From: Candidatus Methanophagaceae archaeon
GTDB lineage: Archaea > Halobacteriota > Syntropharchaeia > Alkanophagales > Methanospirareceae
Direction: 5' to 3'
Assembly (NCBI GenBank): GCA_013374505.1
Contig: QENJ01000067.1
Coordinates: forward strand, 1 to 12,496
Length of the DNA stretch: 12,496 nucleotides
Made by a program: the position numbers and the translations under genes. A model generated the notes under the pieces. That model saw only the letters and a list, made by a program, of their open reading frames with translations, made no database searches and was not told where the DNA came from. Positions 7,129-12,496 of this stretch are shown here, piece after piece (position 1 is the stretch's first letter; the number at the start of each line of letters is the position of its first letter).

Positions 7129-7881
7129 ATGGACCTGGTAGTATTGTACAGCGGCGAGTTCGGTGAACGAGTAATTGGAAACTTCATAAACTACTCAACC
7201 TTCTGCATATCCTGTGCAGATGCCTGCACGCACTGTAAAGAAGCTAAATACGGATTTGCAGACCGTATAAACGGATTGTTTAAGCTTCCTGAGCCTTCTA
7301 TGCTTCCGGAATTCATAGAAGATTCTGCGGGTGAGTATTTACCGCAGGAGATTCCAGATGCAGACATAGCGATTGTATCTGAGATTCACAATGACCTCCT
7401 GCTGGAACTCCCACCCATTTTAAAGGATTCGGGGATTAAAGCGATGATAGTACCACAAGAGAGTGCTGCTAGGATTGCAAGACCGCAGGTTGAAGAGATA
7501 TGCGGTAGAGAAGGAATTGAGGTAGTCTTTCCAAAGCCGTTTTGTGATTTACAGCCGCAGGACGACAAGCCCGTGATTCGCAGTTTTATCGCAGAATTCG
7601 GGATTGGAATACCAGAGATACGGGTAGAAATGGATAGGCGTGGGCGTATTGTTCATGTAGATGTTTTGAGAAGTGCTCCTTGCGGGAGTACCTGGTTCGT
7701 GGCAAAGCAGTTAGAAGGCGTAGAAGTTGAGAACAAACTAGAACTTTACGATCGAATCAGTGAATCTCATCATTCCTATCCCTGTACCGCGAGCATGGAG
7801 AAAGATCGTGAGATTGGCGATACGATTCTGCATAGGGCGGGTTATTTGATTAGGGAAGCGGTAGAAAAGGCGTTAATATGA
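7129..7881 (+). CDS. Cys-rich protein resembling the archaeal DUF166 / COG1810 family (PF02593), function unknown
   Basis: Tracked ORF of 250 aa. It has an N-terminal CISCADACTHC cluster (C-x2-C-x3-C-x2-C) plus conserved-looking PFCD, APCGSTWF and HHSYPCTASM..GDTILHRAGY blocks. The family assignment is from memory of the DUF166 pattern and needs an HMM check. That the ORF is coding is much more certain than its name. Confidence 0.6.
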   Translation: MDLVVLYSGEFGERVIGNFINYSTFCISCADACTHCKEAKYGFADRINGLFKLPEPSMLPEFIEDSAGEYLPQEIPDADIAIVSEIHNDLLLELPPILKDSGIKAMIVPQESAARIARPQVEEICGREGIEVVFPKPFCDLQPQDDKPVIRSFIAEFGIGIPEIRVEMDRRGRIVHVDVLRSAPCGSTWFVAKQLEGVEVENKLELYDRISESHHSYPCTASMEKDREIGDTILHRAGYLIREAVEKALI

Positions 7882-7933
7882 TTTTACTAATTGTTTAGCT
7901 AACCACAAGATTACACAGAGTTCCACGAGAAAC

Positions 7934-7952
7934 CTTTCTTTAAGAAAGAAAG
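7934..7952. terminator. Hairpin in the convergent intergenic region (8-bp stem, 3-nt loop)
   Basis: CTTTCTTT-AAG-AAAGAAAG forms a perfect stem with T-rich flanks (..TTTACC, GGTTTTTG downstream). Confidence 0.35.
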
Positions 7953-7982
7953 CTTTACCAAAGAAACTATTTGGTTTTTGAT

Positions 7983-8005
7983 AAAACTTTTTTCTAAAAA
8001 GTTTT
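7983..8005. terminator. Candidate bidirectional terminator hairpin (10-bp stem, 3-nt loop) with T-runs on both strands
   Basis: AAAACTTTTT-TCT-AAAAAGTTTT forms a perfect 10-bp stem. Each strand reads a T5 run at the 3' side of its stem. It sits about 28 nt downstream of the minus-strand stop and about 100 nt downstream of the plus-strand stop. Confidence 0.5.
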
Positions 8006-8032
8006 AGTGTTAATCTCGTGGAATCTCGTGGT

Positions 8033-8800
8033 TTATTGTTCTGGCAGAATTTCAATAAATTTCGCTTTCCGTGGCGTTTTCCTGATCTCATTTATCTCGG
8101 AATACAAAGGGTGATAGGATACAACATATAGATGCCTCATCGCACCGGAAACCGCATCTATCAAATCTCGTTTCTCTGGTTCTTTAAACTCCACGCCCTC
8201 TAATGGTATCCAGGGCTCAATGAAAAGTGCAATCGCGGGATCTATCCGTGAAATGAAGATTGCCAGACGTTCTATATCCGCAGGATCATTTATCCCAGGG
8301 ATCAAAACCGTCTCAATCTGTAATCTGAAATAAGCATCTTCTAGCGTTACTAAGTTCTTTATCGCAGTCAATACTGGCTTGACACTCCTTTTCGTGTAGT
8401 AAAGATGCTTTTTGGCATCAAATGCCTTTATGCCGATAATAATCTCGTTCACACCCGTTTTTTTCAAGTCTTTCGCATATTCCATGTCTATTCTGCCCCC
8501 ATTTGTCATCAATACGATATGTGCGCCGAGCTTTGTGATTCTTTCGATTATCATTATCAAATCCGGGTCGAGTGTAGGTTCATAGCCACCAAGATATATC
8601 CTATGCGGCTTCAACTCTTCCAATTCTGTTAGTATGTTATCTAAATTCCAATCAATGTATTTCCGCTCTTCCGCATAGATGTCACATTCGTTTCTTTTCC
8701 TGAGACAACCTATACACTCGAAGTTGCATCCTTTAAAAGACAGCATGGCCATCCTCTCACCCACGAATTTTTGTGTGTAGCTCATGTGGTAAATATTCAT
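8033..8800 (-). CDS. Radical SAM enzyme of unknown substrate (about 255 aa, with no SPASM or other auxiliary Cys cluster seen)
   Basis: It has a canonical CNFECIGC (CxxxCxxC) motif after LSFKG, then a GGYEPTL glycine-rich SAM motif and MTNGG. The tracked ORF begins at 8908, but I place the start at ATG 8798-8800 (MNIYHMSY..). That start is preceded by GGAAGGAGA 7 nt upstream and avoids overlapping the 3' end of the upstream gene. Confidence 0.85.
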   Translation of the reverse strand: MNIYHMSYTQKFVGERMAMLSFKGCNFECIGCLRKRNECDIYAEERKYIDWNLDNILTELEELKPHRIYLGGYEPTLDPDLIMIIERITKLGAHIVLMTNGGRIDMEYAKDLKKTGVNEIIIGIKAFDAKKHLYYTKRSVKPVLTAIKNLVTLEDAYFRLQIETVLIPGINDPADIERLAIFISRIDPAIALFIEPWIPLEGVEFKEPEKRDLIDAVSGAMRHLYVVSYHPLYSEINEIRKTPRKAKFIEILPEQ

Positions 8801-8852
8801 GACTGTGTCTCCTTCCAGTACTAATGTTGTAGATACAGTGATTTTTAAACGT

Positions 8853-9872
8853 TCACACCCTTTTTGTTTTTCTTCTTGAGAAGTACAGTACCGTAAGTAA
8901 GCCAGCAACTGCTAATACCGCTTCAAACCCGGCAGGCTCTGGTGTGGGCGTCCCCGTATCACCGACCGATTCTGACAGACACGCATAAACAATCTCCGTT
9001 GCGTTTGCTATCCGGGGTCCTGCTCGAGACGCGATGTCCGCATCAATAGTGTAAACTCTACCGTTTTTAACGGCATTCACTACTTTCAGCCGCTCCTCTT
9101 GTAGTATATAATCATACGGCTGCATGCCCGCGACGCCATGCCCAATCGAGACAATAATGACATCAGGATTGCGGTCTATGAACTCTTCCAGACTCGCAGT
9201 ATCCCACTCTTTTTTGTCAGAAAAGACATTATCGCCACCTGCTAATTCTATCAACTCGTCCTGTACGGTGCCGCCACCCGCAACCCAGAGCGGGTCATGC
9301 CAGGTAATATGAGCAACTTTCGGGCGTTTCACGTCCACAGTTCGAGCTTTTATCGCTTCTAATCTTTGTGCCATATCGGTGACTAAAGCAGTAGCATTCT
9401 CTTCTTTGCCAGTTAAACGTCCTACCAGCATTATATCGTCCTGTATCTCCTGGATGTTCACCGGATTCAGGGATACGACCGCTACATTCAGCTCTGTCAA
9501 TCGCTCAACTGTTTCTTTGCTGTTCAACGCGCAGCCGAGCACGAGGTCGGGCTCTGAGGCTACTACTTTCTCTATGCTCACCGTGGAAACGCCACCTACC
9601 CGCGTAATTTCTTCCGCTTCTGCCGGGTAATTACAGTAATCTGTTGCACCTATGACTCTGTCACCGGCGCCAATAGCGAATAGTATTTCCGTATTGGTTG
9701 GCGATAACGAGATGATTCTTTCCGAAACTCCCGGGAGGGTTACATTCCTACCGAAGTCGTCAGTTACTTTGAGCATTTCTGCGCTTACCGCAAAAGCAGA
9801 AAAAGCGAGTGCTGCGATAAAAGCGAGTGTTAGCACTGTGAGTGTGCATATATCCCTTCTATTAGTATTCAT
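8853..9872 (-). CDS. BtuF/FhuD-type (Peripla_BP_2) substrate-binding protein for a corrinoid, siderophore or metal chelate, with an N-terminal signal and a C-terminal PGF-CTERM-like archaeosortase sorting signal
   Basis: Tracked ORF of 339 aa. Family blocks are ERIISLSPTNTEILFAIGAGDRVIGATDYCNYPAEA..VGG..SIEKVVASEPDLVLG, then HDPLWVAGGGTVQDELIELAGGDNVF and NPDVIIV. The signal/TM segment is CTLTVLTLAFIAALAFSAFAVSA. The tail is TGTPTPEPAGFEAVLAVAGLLTVLYFSRRKTKRV. Confidence 0.85.
   Translation of the reverse strand: MNTNRRDICTLTVLTLAFIAALAFSAFAVSAEMLKVTDDFGRNVTLPGVSERIISLSPTNTEILFAIGAGDRVIGATDYCNYPAEAEEITRVGGVSTVSIEKVVASEPDLVLGCALNSKETVERLTELNVAVVSLNPVNIQEIQDDIMLVGRLTGKEENATALVTDMAQRLEAIKARTVDVKRPKVAHITWHDPLWVAGGGTVQDELIELAGGDNVFSDKKEWDTASLEEFIDRNPDVIIVSIGHGVAGMQPYDYILQEERLKVVNAVKNGRVYTIDADIASRAGPRIANATEIVYACLSESVGDTGTPTPEPAGFEAVLAVAGLLTVLYFSRRKTKRV
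8856..8938 (-). other. PGF-CTERM-like tripartite sorting signal (Thr/Pro linker, AGF motif, TM helix, basic tail)
   Basis: DTGTPTPEP-AGFEAV-LAVAGLLTVLYF-SRRKTKRV closely resembles methanogen PGF-CTERM tails (..PGFEA.FA.AGLLAVAYL.RRR), except that it has P-A-G-F instead of P-G-F. Confidence 0.5.
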
Positions 9873-9972
9873 CTTTCTTCTTGACCGCTTGATGGTATAA
9901 ATAACAGTTCTTTATTCCGTCCTTGTCATTAAAATATCTTCGTTTATTTCTCTGCTCGAAATAGAGAGTTAG

Positions 9973-10161
9973 TTATGCCGCCATATATAGCGAATTACCG
10001 TCAATAAACCACGGACCTAACTCTTTTTTTATCGCCTCCAACCGTTCCTCTAATTGTTCTTCCCTCTCTTCAAGCTCGAATTCAGACATATTCTGAAGTA
10101 GCCGTAGCAAATCCTTCATCAGTCTTGTTTTCTCTTCTTCGTTCATTTTTATCACGCACAT
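9973..10161 (-). CDS. Hypothetical small acidic coiled-coil protein (62 aa, or 57 aa from the second Met)
   Basis: Tracked ORF reading MCVIKMNEEEKTRLMKDLLRLLQNMSEFELEEREEQLEERLEAIKKEL... It shows heptad-like charge periodicity. A TTTTATAT TATA-like box on the minus strand lies about 25 nt upstream of the ATG, consistent with a leaderless transcript. I recognised no family. Confidence 0.35.
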   Translation of the reverse strand: MCVIKMNEEEKTRLMKDLLRLLQNMSEFELEEREEQLEERLEAIKKELGPWFIDGNSLYMAA

Positions 10162-10302
10162 AGTCTAATTGCAGGTCTGCGATATAAAAGAAGTTGGAGT
10201 TGGCACTATAAATAGGTTCCCCTTTAGGTAGTAACTATAACCTAGATGGGTAAACATATGTTTCATTTGAATTGGTGTCGCTGCTCACACATTACACCCA
10301 CC

Positions 10303-10665
10303 TTATCTTACACCCACCTCATCTTCTGCCGGTACATACACCATTCCTCCACCTTTTGTTTTATATATCCTACCCATTTCACCTGTTATCTCAGTCTGTA
10401 CCGTCTCGTTCATCATATCCAGCTTCTCTATCCGTTCTCCGCTTTTTACTATTACTTCCATGTTCGGCTGCCCCGGATTCTTGACTATTGTCATATCTGT
10501 CTGCGTTAGCACTTCGGGTATGCTGAGATACATCAGCAGCATCACCATTAACCCGAGTGCGAATACCATCGCCACGTCAAATAGATTGGCAACGGAGGAC
10601 ATCGGGTCTTCGTCACATCTTCCACGTTTGCGACTTCCGCCTCCTACGTCTTTCATGTATTTCAT
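10303..10665 (-). CDS. ExbD/TolR-like single-pass membrane protein (DUF2149-like)
   Basis: Tracked ORF of 120 aa. A basic N-terminus is followed by DEDPMSSVANLFDVAMVFALGLMVMLLMYL: one TM helix with an embedded Asp (D30, codon 10576-10578), positioned like the essential TM Asp of ExbD/TolR. A small extracytoplasmic domain follows. It starts 14 nt after the ExbB-like stop. Confidence 0.7.
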   Translation of the reverse strand: MKYMKDVGGGSRKRGRCDEDPMSSVANLFDVAMVFALGLMVMLLMYLSIPEVLTQTDMTIVKNPGQPNMEVIVKSGERIEKLDMMNETVQTEITGEMGRIYKTKGGGMVYVPAEDEVGVR

Positions 10666-10679
10666 TTTCTTCTTTTTGT

Positions 10680-11402
10680 TTACTCCCCTCCAAACAGCAT
10701 CTCACAAATATACCGCATGTCGTTCATATCCTTATCGTACCAGTGCTGCCGAACCGTAGTAATCACGAATGCAACACCACCAACCAAGAGACCGAGGACT
10801 GTGGTACCGAAAGCGAAGATTAGGCTGGTTGCCAGCGTATTTATATCGCCCTGTGTGAGTGCAAGTAGTGCAGGACCCATCGGTATCAGCGTACCCATAA
10901 GCCCGAGTATCGGCCCTATTCTAACCGCGGTTCTCGTCTTTTCCAGCCGTTTTGTCATCTCCTCATCGCACGTCTGCAACAGCTTTTGCAACCTTACCGC
11001 AAATAGCTCGTCATTTTTTAGCGTTGAGAGTTCATTCAGAAACATGTGCACGAATTTGTGTGCTGTGCAATTTTTGAGCACGGCAATTGCCTCTTTGTGC
11101 TCTTTTATTGTTTTACCCTTGCGTGCGTTGGGGTTCTCTATATCTTGTACCACCAGGTTCACTGCTTCTTGTAGTCCTTCTTCCAAATCTTTCGGATGGC
11201 TCTTTGAGACTCGCCCGGTTCTCGTAAGCCACTCGAAAGTGAGCATCCCGACCTCTACGATTATCCATAGCGTTAAGCCATACAAAAGTATTAAAACCGG
11301 AATTCTGAGCACAGAAGTAATCAAAGTCAGGAAATCAGAGCTCATCCAGGACACGAAATCAGTGCTCGGCATCAATGTCGGTAGCATCACTACAGGATTC
11401 AT
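10680..11402 (-). CDS. MotA/TolQ/ExbB-family proton-channel protein
   Basis: Tracked ORF of 240 aa. It has a 3-TM ExbB topology with a long cytoplasmic loop. The C-terminal signature is IGPILGLMGTLIPMGPALLAL..LATSLIFAFGTTVLGLLVGGVAFVITTV. Its ATG overlaps the stop of the upstream surface-protein gene (ATGA, 11399-11402). Confidence 0.85.
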   Translation of the reverse strand: MNPVVMLPTLMPSTDFVSWMSSDFLTLITSVLRIPVLILLYGLTLWIIVEVGMLTFEWLTRTGRVSKSHPKDLEEGLQEAVNLVVQDIENPNARKGKTIKEHKEAIAVLKNCTAHKFVHMFLNELSTLKNDELFAVRLQKLLQTCDEEMTKRLEKTRTAVRIGPILGLMGTLIPMGPALLALTQGDINTLATSLIFAFGTTVLGLLVGGVAFVITTVRQHWYDKDMNDMRYICEMLFGGE

Positions 11403-12496
11403 TTTTTGTTGTTAGTCCTCCTTCCTTCTTTAATTTCGTTCCCCGGCGAAATATGTTTCGCATGCGACTTTTTTTCCTTGTAATAACCAAAATAGAAGAC
11501 GGTCATAATAAAAATCGCGACCACAACCAAAAGTATCGGTATCGTGCCGCCACCACCGGCCGCACCGGAAGAAATATTACCAAACGGATAACCCGAAACT
11601 TCGTGTTTTGTTTCTTCTTCTGCTGCAGAAGTGCTAACGTTTACGGGCATTTGCATACCTCCGGTTTCTCCCGAACCGGATTCGCCAGTGCCGCTGCCAG
11701 CACCGAAGCCACCTGCGGAACCGCCACCGCCACCGCCGCCACGGGTACCGGGACCTACAGCAGGAGGCGGCGGAGGCGGAGTTGACAGTGATTGGGGTTC
11801 ATCTTCATCTTTTCCTTTCCGCTCAAGCGTAACATCTTGCCACGCCTTATTATTGATCGGGTTCGTCTCTGTTATCTTGTTATCCGGATCAACCTCAGCA
11901 ACAAGCCTGCAAGTCCGGTTCCCGGATTCTGATTTCAGACTTGAATCCCAATCTGCTTCTGTCACGGTCCAGTTGAAACTTATGTTTGCCTCGCCGTCCG
12001 CATTTAGCATATTAATAGTTTTCGCATCTATCAACCTGCCATTCGCTCGTAACGAAACGTTAAAACTCATGTCCGCTTCAACTTCGTCACTTAAATTTAC
12101 CAAAACATTTACAGATCGCGTTTCGCCTACATACACAGTTTCAAGTGCTTCGAAATCTGAGATAATAAGGTCCAGCGTGTTATTAGCACCAAAACACCAT
12201 AATTTGTGCTGGCCTATTGTATATACTCTACCGTTGGCAATAACAGCAGTCGAGCCACCATTAGGCAAATTCCAGATCTCGTTTCCTGTTGATGCGTCTA
12301 AGCAGTATGTACCTTCAACCCCGTTTGGACCGGTTTTCCCGACTATTAACTTACCATCACTTGAAATCACAGGTGAAATCGTCCAGCCGCCTATGTCTTC
12401 CGCCTTCCAGAGTTCATTCCTATTTTCCGGGTCGATGCAGTAAGTTGCAATAGCGGAATGCCCGGGACATCCGGCACTGATATACAAATTGCCAGA
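11399..12496 (-). CDS. Cell-surface protein, 5'-partial: PQQ-like beta-propeller blades, a CARDB-like Ig domain, a Pro/Gly low-complexity linker and a C-terminal TM anchor with a basic cytoplasmic tail
   Basis: The frame is open to the window edge (..SGNLYISAG..); the tracked start at 12487 is only a TTG. Propeller-type repeats include ATYCIDPENRNELWK, GKLIVG, TYCLDASTGNEIWN and NGRVYTIG. The CARDB-like block is DLIISDFEALETVYVGETRSVNVLVNLS..FNVSLRANG..LNADGEANISFNW..LVAEVDPDNKITETNPINN (about 11822-12175). The linker is PPPPPPAVGPGTRGGGGGGGSAGGFGAGSGTGESGSGETGG (11651-11782). The TM segment is IPILLVVVAIFIMTVFYFGYY. Confidence 0.8.
   Translation of the reverse strand, partial: SGNLYISAGCPGHSAIATYCIDPENRNELWKAEDIGGWTISPVISSDGKLIVGKTGPNGVEGTYCLDASTGNEIWNLPNGGSTAVIANGRVYTIGQHKLWCFGANNTLDLIISDFEALETVYVGETRSVNVLVNLSDEVEADMSFNVSLRANGRLIDAKTINMLNADGEANISFNWTVTEADWDSSLKSESGNRTCRLVAEVDPDNKITETNPINNKAWQDVTLERKGKDEDEPQSLSTPPPPPPAVGPGTRGGGGGGGSAGGFGAGSGTGESGSGETGGMQMPVNVSTSAAEEETKHEVSGYPFGNISSGAAGGGGTIPILLVVVAIFIMTVFYFGYYKEKKSHAKHISPGNEIKEGRRTNNKK

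Larger units (their letters stand above)
7921..8031. repeat. Composite intergenic repeat: a 10-bp inverted repeat whose right arm is tandemly duplicated, enclosing two hairpins
   Basis: TTCCACGAGA (7921-7930) is the reverse complement of TCTCGTGGAA (8014-8023). AATCTCGTGG occurs twice in tandem (8012-8021, 8022-8031). The element fills the gap between the convergent stops at 7879-7881 (+) and 8033-8035 (-). Confidence 0.55.

Noticed and set aside
8012-8031. GGAA-containing repeats as NrpR (nitrogen repressor) operators.
   Set aside because: The remembered NrpR operator form GGAA-N6-TTCC is present neither here nor in the 5292-5434 promoter region.
8801-8908. The N-terminal 36-aa extension of the radical SAM ORF as listed in the track.
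   Set aside because: It overlaps the 3' end (sorting signal) of the binding-protein gene. The internal ATG at 8798-8800 has a GGAAGGAGA site 7 nt upstream and gives a normal distance to the CxxxCxxC motif.
10717-11415. A 232-aa plus-strand ORF.
   Set aside because: It is an antisense shadow of the ExbB-like gene. It is Ser/Cys/Thr-rich without motifs, and the minus frame has the MotA/ExbB signature.
11651-11790. A GC-rich GCCACC/GGCGG repetitive tract that might be a DNA-level repeat element.
   Set aside because: It is fully explained as the coding sequence for the PPPPPP..GGGGGGG..GSGTGESGSGETGG low-complexity stalk of the surface protein.
11631-12443. A 270-aa plus-strand ORF.
   Set aside because: It is an antisense shadow of the surface-protein gene. 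Its Pro-rich stretch is simply the complement of the Gly/Pro linker.

Overview
The window looks archaeal, probably from a methanogen- or methanotroph-type euryarchaeon. That origin is inferred from a PGF-CTERM-like sorting tail, a minimal NifB without a NifX domain, AT-rich BRE/TATA-like promoters and DUF2149/DUF166-type genes. It holds 13 credible coding features, two of which are halves of one frameshifted gene. I saw no rRNA, tRNA, CRISPR array, transposase or integrase. There are three blocks. (1) Positions 1-4166, minus strand: an ATGA-coupled pair encoding a membrane-anchored protein and a very large secreted subtilisin-family (S8) protease. The membrane protein's C-terminal domain is a paralogue of the protease pro-region. 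The protease is interrupted by a frame change near 1813-1894. Its catalytic-Ser block and a prenyltransferase/terpene-cyclase-like repeat domain lie in a 1.9-kb open frame that runs off the left edge and is missing from the supplied ORF track. (2) Positions 4896-7881, plus strand: an IscU/NifU-type Fe-S scaffold, a small siroheme/[4Fe-4S] sulfite-reductase-family protein, NifB, and a Cys-rich DUF166-like protein. A structured repeat and inverted repeat brackets the internal promoter. (3) Positions 8033-12496, minus strand: a 5'-partial beta-propeller/CARDB surface protein ATGA-coupled to an ExbB/MotA-like channel and an ExbD-like (DUF2149-like) protein, then a small acidic ORF, a BtuF/FhuD-type binding protein with a PGF-CTERM-like anchor but no ABC permease or ATPase, and a radical SAM enzyme. 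All family assignments come from motif recognition by eye. No database search was possible, so names are hypotheses to confirm with HMM or structure searches.
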